Source: Octopus bimaculoides (taxonomy: Eukaryota). From it: a stretch of 64,000 nucleotides of DNA. The notes beneath the pieces were generated by a model. It had not been told where the DNA came from, did no database searches, and was given only the letters and a program-made list of their open reading frames with translations. Position numbers and translations under genes: made by a program. This document shows, piece after piece, positions 13,868 to 26,410 of this stretch. Position 1 is the first letter of the stretch. Every line of letters begins with the position of its first letter. The stretch lies in the NCBI RefSeq assembly GCF_001194135.2, contig NC_068995.1:53751882-53815881 (forward strand). Reading direction: 5' to 3'.

Positions 13868-14190
13868 TTCATTTCCTCTTTTACCCCTTTGGACTGTGGC
13901 CAAGCTGGGGCACCGCCTTCAATGAGTTATCAGACAAATCGACCACAGTATTTATTATTTTAAGTATAATACATACTCTATTGGTCACTTTTGCCCAAGC
14001 GCTAAGCTACACAGGCGTAAAGAAATCAATACAGCTTGACAAGCGGTGTGTTGCGTGACAGTAGAAAGATATACGCACATATAAACGACTAGATTTCATA
14101 CAGTTTCTATCTACCAAAATCAAGAGATTGATCCACCCTGCTCATAGTTAAAGGTGCTTGCCCCAATGCAGAGTGAAATACTTAACCACA
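13868..14190 (-). mobile_element. Degenerate near full-length long SINE (F2, CORE-like)
   Basis: rc 3' end GAAGGCGGTGCCCCAGCTTGGCCACAGTC at 13885-13920; middle CAGTTTCTATCTACCAAA and GTGCTTGCCCCAA correspond to the 17898-18120 copy. Confidence 0.6.
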
Positions 14191-15719
14191 AAAAAATCCC
14201 ATTATTTTCCTACAGCCATTATTATATATTTGTAAAGTTACTCTTCTTCCCAATGAGTGCATTAAACTTATTCCGTATTCTCATTCTGTATAACATACAG
14301 CATTGTACGAAAAAGTATACCGACTCTTCAGATTTTAACACTACCTATGGAAACAAATATATAGGAAAGCCCTATAGTTACTCTCTATAAAATAGAATAT
14401 AGCGAATGACGGCAGAAATGTGAACCAATCGTTTATGATTCAAGATTTAATATCTCTTTGAAAATTTAGCTACCTTCCTCTCATATACTTCCAACCAAGG
14501 TTGGGGAGAGTAACTCGGTTGCAGTTGAAATTCCCCAAAATGTTCTGGAAATCTAACACTCTTGAACTTTTGATACTTAGAAACACCCAGCAATATTCAG
14601 GTCTTCTAAAATGCTTGACTTAAAAATGTTTTACCGGAAAGTGCACAACATTTAATTTACCCTCCTGTACCGGCTGCGTACAAACCTGAAAAATAATGGC
14701 TTTCAGTCATCGCTATTAAAGCAGCGGGTAGGAAGAAATTGATCAGGCTTGCGATAAGTATATTTATGTTTTACCACATGCGAGAATCTATGAGCGAAAG
14801 AAAAATGCTCCTTCAAGTTTAGTCACCTTACTAATATCATTGTCAAAGCACGCTATCCTTCTCCATAATTTTCCCTACTTGTTTTGAATCCGAAACCCAC
14901 ACAAATGGGGTATTATTTATTAAATTCAAATTCGAAATCAATCTCCAATATTTTTAAGTTTCCAGTCTTCTATTCTCTATTGTTCCAGGTTTAATTATTT
15001 GCGTAAGTTTTTGTTGCTGCCCTTTGAAATTTTGCTGCCAGTTTAAATGTGACACAATGTAGCAGAAACCGATATGCACGCGCTTTAAATCCTGAAGCCG
15101 TGTAGAACCGATAACAGGTTGATATAGTTTCGCTTTACCCAGCTGATTGTGAGGTGACGCCATTGTACTTTAAATATTTCGATGTTGATCACCAATCGTC
15201 AGTTTCAGGAACAACCGTAAAGGATGTCGAAACAGTTAAGTTTTCTAAGAATTATGAATATTCAAAATTTGGTTTGGAATATAAAGATATGTTATCGATA
15301 ATAACAATGCACACATTTGGCGTTTCGTGTTGACAAATTGATGGTTTCTGCAGCAGATATGTGAGTTCTGACATTGCCACATGGACATACATTTCTACAA
15401 GAAAGACGATACACTTGCTATTCTATCGATCATATAAGTATAAAAGGCAAGTTTGACCTCACAGAGAATATTGATTTATTCTTTGAACGGAGATCTGCTT
15501 ATTTGTAATGTGTAAGAGAGCAAAAGTGTTAGTATTAACAAGGATAGAGGTTTTCCATTATTTTCTTGGATCAGAAACTGACCACCAAAAACAAATGAAA
15601 ACTTGAGCACAAAAACACAACAGAAATATTACCATGTAAATACACAAGAAATTGACCACCAACTCTTCCAAAGTTTTATCCACTAAAACAAGTCAGAAAT
15701 TGACCTTAAGTACAGCATA

Positions 15720-16000
15720 AACGGATTACTGAAACACATCAATAACTGACTGTAAGCACACATCAGAATCGAAAATCGAAAACCACAAGCGTTCTCTGGA
15801 TGTTACATAATTTATTTTTCTTGAGTCGATCACGCGAATGGTTTTCATCGGAAGGGTGACACATAGGCATCCCGCTGCTTCCACTTTAATTCCTCCATCT
15901 TTCATTGACCCAGTCAATAAAAGTATAAAGAGTACCACAATTAGGTACATGCCTTACAGTATACAAACATTTCTGGTCAAGTTCTAAGTCTGTAGTGTGT
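15720..16000 (-). mobile_element. Decayed RTE-like RT remnant
   Basis: Frameshifted minus-strand motifs FIDWV, GIKW and QEKINYV follow the RTE order LF...IDWVM...GI.W...MQEKT. Confidence 0.45.
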
Positions 16001-17599
16001 TCCATACCGTTGGTCAGTCTTTATATTAGAAGTCTCATGTAAAGTATTTTACCCCGTCTTAATTAAAATCTACTAAATATTAAACTGAACATAATTACAA
16101 ACTTAGTCTACTTAAATCATTGAACTGATCACAACGTTCAGCTAATAACGAATAATATGCATTTTTACAAAAAAAAAAAAAATATTAATAAACTCATCAT
16201 GTTTGAGCCAACAGAAGTATTTAGAGAGGTAAAATAAGAGGATTATGAAGAAAACGATGGCGGCAGGTATCACGACGAAGATGAGTAAAAAGAAAGGAGG
16301 AAGTATGAAGAGGAAATCAATGAAGTGTAAGAGAAAAGGTTATAACCTTAAATTAAGATTGTTCAAGTGAGACGGATGTTACTGAATACGAACTCATTAT
16401 CACCTTGCTGAGATTTGAGTGTCATAGCGTAACCCTTCAGCCATCTTATGATCTCAATTGCTAGTAACAGTATGAAGATTGTGATAAAGGTCACCTTGGT
16501 GAGACTAAGTGAAAGAAAACATCAAAAATGAAGTGAACGGGGTGGCGGTGAAATAATTGAAATGATTATATGTAGTAGAATGGAAGTAAACTTCGACGGG
16601 GGTATAATTAAACATGCTGGTTTGTTAATGAAAAAAATATCAAAAAGTTCATTAAATCTAAGAAACTTGCATTGCGAAGGAAACAAATTAGATCTATTGA
16701 ATTAATTTTAATGAACACTATACCTGAGCTGAAAATATGAGTCAAAGAACAGCATGACATTTAAGTAATCTGAAATATCAAAGCAACACCGACTGACTTC
16801 ATACAAAAGGTAAAAAAGCAACATTTTGTAACATAATTATCGAAAGGAGAATGACATTTGATGAAATTGAAGTAATTCGCAGAATACCAAACGTATGAAA
16901 TGGAAATGCTATGAGGGAAGAGTGTTCAAAACTAAAAGATATTCTTCGTCAGGACAGGAAGGACTGAGGTTATAGCATAAATTGTGATCTCCTGATGTGA
17001 CCAATTAAGAAAGAAATACCTATTAGTTTTACTCAACGTACAAACCGTGGCTTGATATGCTGACATTATAGAACCAAAGGACAAACTTTAAAGGAAATCT
17101 CTCTAAAACAAAAAAGAAAAAAAAAAGAAATGATTAAATCATGAAAAACAAAAATCAAAAATAGTAAATGATGACTGTTTAGAATTAATTACCTTCAAAT
17201 GATCTATTGATTCTCAGCATTGGCACAAAGTAACAAATTAGTTGGGAACAAGTTTAGTGGAGGATTGCACGTGTATGGAACTTTCTTTAACGATTATGGA
17301 TATGAACTAAGAAAGTATCGAATTATAATTAAGTACCATAGGGTATTCTGTGTTCTACCATTTCAAATGAAATAAATATTCTTTATGTAGACACAAGTCG
17401 CATTATTATAGGCGTTGATTTTGTTCTTATTATTGACATTTTAGGTCTCATCTAGCAGACCTTAAATCAAAGACATTCCAACCGTGATTAAGTTATGTGC
17501 AAAAAACTCGAGAAAGTATTATCTAATAATTCCTTTTCTAAGAAGATATGCTGTACTTTCGGAGAAATTTAGATGCTATTTCTAGCAAATCAAACGATT

Positions 17600-17895
17600 A
17601 CGAGGAAGTCCCTTCAATATATTGGGATGTAAAATGGCATAGTGCAAAGCCAATGTTGTCAATAATGATATCATTGGAACAAATGTGAGAAAAGTAGTTC
17701 GTACTTAAACTCTGAGTAACTGAAATAATATTCTTAAGAAAGTTGATTTGCAATCGTGTAGCTTCGGATTCAGCACAACGACGTGGTAAGTTGGTCAAAT
17801 TTCTTCCCTTTGCCCTGAACCGATCAGTGATTAGTGAAAGGATTTCATAAAGGGAAACGGTGTCGAAGCTCGTCATATATGGTTGTCTATAGTAA
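17600..17895 (-). mobile_element. Decayed RTE-like RT remnant
   Basis: ORF segment LSLITDRF...AESEATRLQINFLK resembles ADD..LI.D......VE.EA...GL.IN..K. Confidence 0.4.
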
Positions 17896-17897
17896 GA

Positions 17898-18120
17898 AGC
17901 AGCATCGGATCTCAAGTGGTGATGGGGGTGCAAATACAGACACAAAGACACACACATTATATATACAACAGGCTTCTTTCAGTTTCCATCTACCAAATCC
18001 ACTCACAAGGCTTTGATTGACTCGATGCTTTAGTAGAAGACACTTGCGCAAGTGGGACTGAACCCAGAACCATGTGATTGGGAAGCAAGCTTCTTAGAAC
18101 AGTTCTACGTCTGCGCCTAC
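17898..18120 (-). mobile_element. Long SINE F2 (tRNA head, CORE-like block, internal microsatellite), 3'-truncated
   Basis: rc GTAGGCGCAG...GCTTGCTTCCCAATCACATGGTTCTGGGTTCAGTCCCAC...GCAAGTGTCTTCTACT...GCCTTGTGAGTGGATTTGGTAGATGGAAACTGAAAGAAGCC, then a TG-rich tract; B-box-like GGTTCAGTCCC. Confidence 0.85.
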
Positions 18121-19282
18121 ATATATATCTAGAAAACCAGACCAACGCATTAATTTTTGCTCACTATTGTCATGAGGCCGAAGTTTGGATCTTTAAATTC
18201 GCTTCTATCATATTTCCGAGGATTAATTTATGAGTTTCCTCTGCACATATATTTAAATGTAGTTGGATCTTGCAGATTTCTTTCTGCTAGGATATGTAGA
18301 AAACATTACGATAAAGCGAGTTGGAGTTGTAAACAGCCTCAAACGACTGATATATAATGGCATTAAGAAGATCTAAAACATTCATTTTCATTTGATTCGA
18401 AACGATGGCTGTATTATATACATTTATAGCGGAGAAAAGAGCGGTGAGACGTTCATAATTATCCTTAGGATAATAGCATTCTGTGCGACGTGAAATTACA
18501 TAAATCGGGAGTGAAATGGAGTCAGTGGTCGTGTAGATTTTACCGGAGTTTACATCTTAGCTGATGTATAGTGTTCGTTAACAATATTTAGGAACGAGAT
18601 ATTGATTTTTTTTCTAACGAGTCAAAACACCAATTCTTATAGAGCAAGGCAAATAATCGATGAAATCAATTCAGTATGTTGTTGGTTAATTTCGATCGAT
18701 GCAAAGCAAGCCAAAGGCAAATATGACCATGCAGAGCTTCACTCAGTATGATGGTGGTCTAAAATATGTACCACAAAGTGTTCTAGCTTTACTAGCAACT
18801 AATCGCTAGAATTTACCAAAAATGATTTCAATATTTGTTTAACTTGGCAGCTAGCCTTACATTACATGGGAAATGGATATGGGGTTTGTGATGTTTATTC
18901 TTTCCATTCCTTCACTGAGAATACAAGTTGGTTGCGTTCGGATCAACAAAAATCAAACTTTGAGTCTAGCCAATTCTGTGGCGATAAAATATTACATATA
19001 AATTCATATCTTGTAAGATATTCTCTTTGAAGGTTTAAATTAAGTGCCAAGTCTTTGCTTCCTATGTTTGCTTATACAATTACTAAGCAAAAGCTTGACG
19101 TTGTAGTTAAAGTCCCCGTACCATACTTCCGCTTGTACTATGCGTTTGCTGATTGCTTTAGGTGTCTACGTAGTCGTGAGTAGAATTAGATACCTTCTTG
19201 GTTCTCCCGCTGCTGAACCAGAGGATCAGCTATTACGTGACAATTGTAAAGAGAGAGCAGTGCTCCAATAATATTCATCTGT

Positions 19283-19432
19283 AAGGCGGCGAGCTGGCAG
19301 AAACGTTAGCACGCCGGGCGAAATGCTTAGCCGTATTTCGTCTGCCGTTACGTTCTGAGTTCAAATTCCGCCGAGGTCGCCTTTATCTTTCATCCTTTCG
19401 GGGTCGATAAATTAAGTACCAGTTACGCACTG
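19283..19432 (+). mobile_element. F1 SINE, well preserved, 3'-truncated
   Basis: AAGGCGGCGAGCTGGCAGAAACGTTAGCACGCCGGGCGAAATGCTTAG...GAGTTCAAATTCCGCCGAGG...CTTTCATCCTTTCGGGGTCGATAAATTAAGTACCAG; cleanest copy in the window. Confidence 0.95.
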
Positions 19433-19466
19433 AAAAGCCGTTGACATTGATTCGCACGATGTTTCA

Positions 19467-19661
19467 AATATTGCTTTCAAGTTTTTACACAAGGCCAGCA
19501 ATTTGGTTGGAGAGGTTAAGTCGATTATAGCGACTCCAGTGTTCAACTGGAACTTATTTTATCGACCCCGAAAGGAAAGGATGAAAGGCAAAGTCGATCT
19601 TGGCGGAATTTGAACTCAGAACCTAAAGATTGACAAAATACCGCTCAACCTTTCTGCCAGC
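19467..19661 (-). mobile_element. F1 SINE, inverted relative to the 19283 copy
   Basis: ATCGACCCCGAAAGG...ATGAAAGGCAAAGTCGA...GGCGGAATTTGAACTCAGAAC; tail rc GGCCTTGTG...GAAAGCAATATT; deletion in the head. Confidence 0.9.
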
Positions 19662-20702
19662 ACTCTCGACCTCGATAAACTAACATATGAAAAAAAAGTT
19701 TATTTATTTCTACTATTCAAAACTTGAAGTGACTCAAGTTGTCGCGTGGTGGATTAAAAACATGGCAGTGTTTCGAATTTCTTAATGAAATCTTTCTAAA
19801 CCAGCTTCGGTTTATATCTATGCAATAAAAAAATAAGCAACGTAATGATTAATCATATATGAGGCGCTCCCAACTAATCTTATCCCGTAGCTACAATCTG
19901 CAACCTTGTAGCAGGCAATATGAGGAAGGAGTAACAAACAATATGTTGCAACTAAAATATGAGGCTTGTCAATGCGTCCAATCTCATGATGGATTATAAT
20001 GATTCTTCCACCACACTGCACACCAGTTGTAAAATTATCCTAGCCATTACAGCGATGTGAGTGGGAGAAAGTGTTATCGAAGTCAAACATTGTTATTTAA
20101 CAATCTGCCCCGCATTTAGTATATTCCTGAAAGATTGACCATCATTCAAAATCGCGAAATACTTCCATGAGCATTTCGCTACTCTCTTTAAATTGTTATT
20201 CAATTAATAATGATAAATGCATTTGTTTATCTCGTAATTTATTGTAAATTGTTTTTTCTGTCAAACTTTATCAATACGGTCATTCAATCAACCTGTCTAT
20301 TGCTGTATATAGGAGAATCCTATCTAATGGACTTGCAGCGTTTTGCCGCAGTCGGGGCTGGATGTTTCCTAAAGGGCCCGACTACAGTTTAGGGCTCATC
20401 CTTGTCTGCATCACTACTAAATTGTGAAGCTATTTGTACCTTCAGTTTTTACATTCTACTTCATTCTACATCTCATCGTCATCATAATTGTGATCAACTG
20501 CTATAGAAGAAAATATAGCAAACGCGACAACCTCAAAAATCAACAAATGGTCATCACAGTATATCATGCCTGATGTAGTGATTAGTGGAATCAACGACTA
20601 CAACATCAACACCAAGAAGTAAGAGTAGCCAATGGTAACTGCGAAAACAGCTTCAGCAAATAGTAACATTTGCAGCTGCATTGCGACGTCAGTGGCACTG
20701 CT

Positions 20703-20704
<2 letters not shown>

Positions 20705-20770
<66 letters not shown>

Positions 20771-21115
20771 CGCTATCATTACTATCAGCAATGGAAATAC
20801 AAGCAGAACTTGCAGCAATGGATAACAATGATCTTATCTCAAATTGGTGGCGTACATACATACATACATACATACATACATACATACATGCATGCATGCA
20901 TGCATAAATACATACATACATACATACATACATACATACATACATACACACATGCATACATACATATGTGTGTGATTCTCTATGTACATATGTGTGCAAT
21001 AGATGTGTTTCTGCGTGTATTTATATACATATATAAATATACAAATATATACACACATATACATGTATGTGTATACACACACATACATATATATGTGCAT
21101 ACATACAAATATATA
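20705..21115. repeat. (AAT)n array followed by (TACA)n/(TGCA)n/(TA,CA) compound microsatellite
   Basis: Direct reading; accounts for the poly-N, poly-I and HTYI ORFs. Confidence 0.95.
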
Positions 21116-21419
21116 TAAAAGTAAAGTTACTTATGTAAGCAACGAGAGCATGATCAACATCATCATTATAAGAACACCAGTTAACATTTGTAACAGTAGC
21201 AGCAGCTGCAATTGAAGCAACATAAATGTTCGTATGTTCCTTCTACTTACGATAGAAACCTACCAGACACATAATATGGATGACATTTTCATATATTTAT
21301 ATTAAGAAACTGAAACGGAATATGCAAAGATTTTTAAGATATTCTTTTTTATATAATTTTCTGTTGAATATTTTTATATGAATAAAAAATATATTTATAG
21401 TTCAAAACATAGATAAAGG

Positions 21420-21520
21420 CAAGGCAATGTGGTTCAACACTCTGCTTGTCAGATGCGTTGATTTTGTTGAATCACTTTGGGCGGCACTCAGTGTAAGTGT
21501 CTTTTGCCATAGATACGAGG
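21420..21520 (+). mobile_element. Degenerate F2 SINE head
   Basis: GCGGCACTCAGTGTAAGTGTCTTTTGCCATAG resembles the F2 CORE-like block. Confidence 0.35.
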
Positions 21521-21694
21521 AGATCACTAATTTGAGAGAGGAATTTGCAAGGAACCCATTGCTTTCCTATTCTTAGATTTAAGCTTTTCAGTCAAATTTT
21601 CTCCAGTCTATTTATTGTGTTTTTAACACAGCAAATCTATAAAAGATATCTAAGGACAAATACTGCAACAACTAGCATATCGACAGTGTGTATG

Positions 21695-21852
21695 CATTAT
21701 GTATGATACATAGATAGCAATATATATGTATATATGCGTGTGTGTGTGTGCGTGAGTATGTGCATATGTATATCTTTGCGCGTACGTGCGTATATATCTA
21801 TATACATATCTATGTGTATGTATGTATGTGTGTGTGCGTACACGCGTGCGTC

Positions 21853-21913
<61 letters not shown>

Positions 21914-21915
21914 GA
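21695..21915. repeat. Compound (TG)/(TA)/(CA)n microsatellite
   Basis: Direct reading. Confidence 0.95.
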
Positions 21916-23304
21916 ATCTTTATTAGTTCATCTGAACTAGATCGTTGACTTAAAAGCAACCGCATGATATATATTATTATTCACCAACTCAAACTGAGGG
22001 TTTCTGTAATACAATACCACCATGTTTGAATTTAATTTTAAAATATTCATACATAAGTATTATTTAGAAATCTTTTTGATGCCATATCTTTTCCAAATTA
22101 TTTCTCTCCTTTTCGACTACGATAATTTACTTCACAACTGCACCTGTTTCGAATGCAGACAGATTGTCGATCGACAGCAGACATTTTTTTTTGTTTAATA
22201 TTTAAATTTTGAATACGTACCTTGTATCACAGAAGCGTTGCGTACAAGTAAATCTTGTCGTGACGTACACAATTGTAATCTCCAAGCCTATTTTACCGTT
22301 GACTTCAAGTTTATATGGAAGGTAATGGACATGAAATTCAATTAGAAAATACTGTTCGCATTATTGCACTCCCCGTTATGAGAATATTTTCATGATCTCA
22401 GTGTTTCCATAACGCGGTGGATGTCTGTAAATCTTTTTGTGGCAATCTCTTATCACCTTCCTTGAAGTTCGGGAACAAAAGGACTGCAAGATAAGAGGTA
22501 ATTCAATATGATTTAATTTTAACGTAAAGCGAATGTAGCACCCAGTAAACAGTTGATTTCTGTGCGATATCTCTTCTCTCTCACTCACTCTATTCTAAAC
22601 TTTATTGCACGTATGGCGGCCTGGTAATATACATTTTCTTCAATATTTACAATATAATACATTTGTATGATTTACTCGTGTCAACACCTTTCAAAAATTG
22701 TTGGCGAACAAGATGGTAATTAAAATACATTAAGTTAAAATACATTTTAGCATAATTAGATAGAAAATAAGAGGAATACCATTGTTGGAATCGTCTTCAA
22801 ATCGGTTCCAGAGCTGAGGCAGCAAGAAAATGATAAGAAAAACATCGCGAAATGCGGGTAAGTACGCAGGTTTTTACACAAATAAAAAGGAAACACATGT
22901 AGAAGGAGCATCAAAACCAGCTTTAAGCACGTATCAGTGTTGTTAGCGGGTATTCCCGTTGAATCGGGAAAAAAACATATGAATTTTGATGGATTACGAT
23001 TCGACGGACCATGTTGTGATTGTGGTCAGCTAAATTTCGCATATCAATGTGATTGTAAGAAAAGCCGTTTTCAGTCAAGTGTCAAGTATAATTTTATCCT
23101 GAACACTTTCTCAAACAATTAATGTAGGAGCTAAGAAATTCTTTGAACTGCGTATCAACGCCACAAGAAAATGCAGACATATGAACTTTGGGTTTCAAGT
23201 AATATATTTCCTATATTTGGGCTACAGTGATACTTTTCTTAGAAAATCGTTATCAAGAGAATCCCTTCTTTGTCCCTGCCTATAACTTGTATCAGGGTAG
23301 ACTA

Positions 23305-23560
23305 CACACACACAGACACACACGTACAAACACTCACACACACTTATACGAAAACACACACAGACACAGATACGCACACACATATACACACAGACACACA
23401 TATACACACAGACACACATATACACAAATACACACACACACACACACACACCCACACACACAAAATAAGACACTCTTATAGGCAAACACAGACACAGATA
23501 CAGGCGCACACACAGACACACACACACTTATACGCAAATACACACACGCACATATGTATA
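23305..23560. repeat. Imperfect (CA)n-rich microsatellite
   Basis: Direct reading. Confidence 0.95.
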
Positions 23561-24294
23561 TAACAAAAAAACGTTATTAATATTAAATGAAAAAATAAAC
23601 AATCAAAATAATAACAAATGCACCAAAAATAGCAAGAATAATCTTGCTAGATGCACACCCAGTAATCTTGGTATTTGCACCACATCATCATTGTCTAACT
23701 CATTACCTATTCTATGGCTTCGATTTTTAAGTTCAGGCTATCGGAAAAGAAAAAAAAATCAGTAAACAAAAACAGAAAGAAAAACAAGATACAGAAACAA
23801 CTCGAAACTAAAAAAAAAAAAAGAAAAATATATGAAAAGTTAAAAAATAGAAAAGAAAGATGTGTTATGGTTAAACCGTCTCAAACGACTTATCTTTCTT
23901 CTTCAATGCTTTTTGTTTGCAACTAACTGAAAACCACATCTGTAACGGTTCTTCCCAATTCTCCTTCCCTTAGATATTTTTTGTTTTTTTTTCCCCTAAG
24001 TACAACAAAAGCCAACACTTTTGCTTCTCCGGACATCCTTTATACTAGATTATAACGCTGTTGTAATAAATCATTTCTTATCTTCTCATATTATAAATCT
24101 TCGTGCCACACTCACTCACAACACCAAAAACGCACGCACACACACATATACACACACACGTTCTCTTTCTGTTTCTTTCTCCCCCCTCTCTCTCTTTCTG
24201 TCTCTGGACTCTGTCTCTCTTTTTCTTCCATACACGCATAAACATACCTATTTTTTTCTGTTTTTCCTTCTATAAGCCATGCGATAATAAAAGA

Positions 24295-24295
<1 letters not shown>

Positions 24296-24372
<77 letters not shown>

Positions 24373-24400
24373 TTTATTTTTATTATTATTATTATTATTA
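24296..24400. repeat. (ATT)n microsatellite
   Basis: Direct reading; two TTT interruptions. Confidence 0.96.
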
Positions 24401-25629
24401 TACTTAGTCTCGACATTGTTGTTGTGCTCTGCTTCAGCGTTCGATTCTGCAGTATTAACATAACAGAGAAAACGGACATAATAATTAGATGGTGAAATTA
24501 TCAAATCTAAATTTATATATACAGTTCTACACTTTATGTTACCTCAGTGTTTTAGTGGTCATTATATTCAATTTCTTCTGTTTCTTTGCTCTTAAAATCT
24601 CTCAAATTTACTCAATTCCGTTTCCGTGAATCCCTATTAAAATTCTTTTGAAACAGAAGAAGAAAAAAAAAAAAAGAAAACGGATGATGGAGAAAAATTA
24701 GAAATTACTTGTTTCTTCCTCTTTCTTTGTGAGTGTGTATGCATGTATGTGTGTGTGTATATATATATAGATATATATGTACTGAGAGAAAGAGTGAGAA
24801 AGGTGTATATATATATATATATATATATATACACAAGCATATACTCACACGAAATAATGTCGGATGATGTACGTGGCCGCTAAAGCTCTCTTAAATCATA
24901 CAATATCGCACTACATTAAAAGGAGCTCTACTTTCGTTTCCTTAAAAAAATATGAACAGAATAGTCTCGGGTTTAACCCCTTTGATCGCAAGCAAAGGTA
25001 TACAGATGTGTGTGTGTGTGTGTGGGGGGGGGTGTGCCTGTGTGGTTAAGAATATACATAACTCCGGTACAACTGTTACTTAAGGTGTATATTGTCGAAT
25101 AAATTGACCTCAATATATCACTGGTACTTATCCAATGCATTTGCAATGTGTCTACATGAAACAAGAAAACCTTTCATAACAAGCAAGGTTGCAGTCATTG
25201 TTGTGTAAGAAGTTTGATTTACAATGGCGTCGTTTCGGTTTCTATCACACAACGCGTTATATTTGGCCCATGCTATTGCCACAAAAGAAATGTGTACGTC
25301 ATGTTTGAAAGAATCATTACATATTTGCGTATTTCTAGAGACAAATCTGTCTTATACCACACCCTACAATCTTATAATACAGAAGTACTCATACACTTTG
25401 GATAAATTATTCCAAGATATACTATCGCCCAATATGCAAAATGGTACATTATCGGATGCCAATCATTGATCATTGGTTTTCTTGTCCAAAGGGGAGATGG
25501 TCGACCATTTTCCATAATTTCAACATTAAAAGACTGCATTAAAAAAAATAAATAACCTCTTCAGTCATCAAATGAAATTTTTCACGTGAAAGCGTACATC
25601 AATCTTTTCCAATGACCCTTTGCAAACAA

Positions 25630-26410
25630 AGGGCCTGGACTTCTCTTCTATCTCCTCTCCTTCCTTCTCATCTTCCTTCTCCTCTTCCTTCTCATATATC
25701 TCCTCATCTTCCTCCTCCTCATCCACTACCACCACCACCACCACCTTCTCTTTTATTATCATCTTCAACATCTTCGTCACCGTTTTCATTATCATCATGG
25801 TTATTATTATCATCTACATCAACATCGTCACATCAGCAGCAGTAGCAGCAGCAACAGCAACTGTAGCTGCAACACGATCACTCCCACCCAAACACCACCA
25901 CTACCAGCACCAGCACCATCACCAACAACCTCAATCATAACCGCCATGACCACAACCATCACCTCCGCAGACCCTGCTGTCGCTGCCACCGCTGCCGTCT
26001 GATTCCAACTCTGACTTCCTCCTCCTCCTCCTCCTCCTCCTCCTCCTCCTCCTCCTCCACCTCATCATCATCATCATCATCATAATCATCATCATCAGCA
26101 GTTTCGTCATCATCACAATGTGATTACCGTTCTCATCATCAATACTACTACCACAATCAACTCAACCACCACCACTACCACTACTACTACTACTAACACC
26201 ACCATCAACATCATCGTCATCATCATCAGCATCATCAGTATCATCATCATCATCATTACCACCACCACCACCACTACCACTACCATCATCATCATCATCA
26301 TCACCACCACCACCACCACCATTGCTATTAAAACGTTCACCCTCATCACCACTATTACTATCATCATCATCATCATCATCGTAACCAACATCATCTCCAT
26401 CATCACTAAC
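25630..26410. repeat. Compound trinucleotide low-complexity block (CCT/CAT/CAC/CAG/TAC)
   Basis: Direct reading; all overlapping ORFs are homopolymeric runs broken by stops. Confidence 0.92.

Noticed and set aside
13554-13925. 123-aa hydrophobic ORF
   Set aside because: No family motif, TTG start, and it ends inside an antisense SINE; consistent with chance in AT-rich DNA.
15726-15950. 74-aa ORF with a signal-peptide-like start and a CxC (chemokine-like) motif
   Set aside because: Alternative frames carry collinear RTE motifs (FIDWV, GIKW, QEK), and cysteine spacing does not fit chemokines.
19283-19375. Possible tRNA gene (A- and B-box-like motifs)
   Set aside because: No complete cloverleaf, and it continues into a multicopy SINE body.
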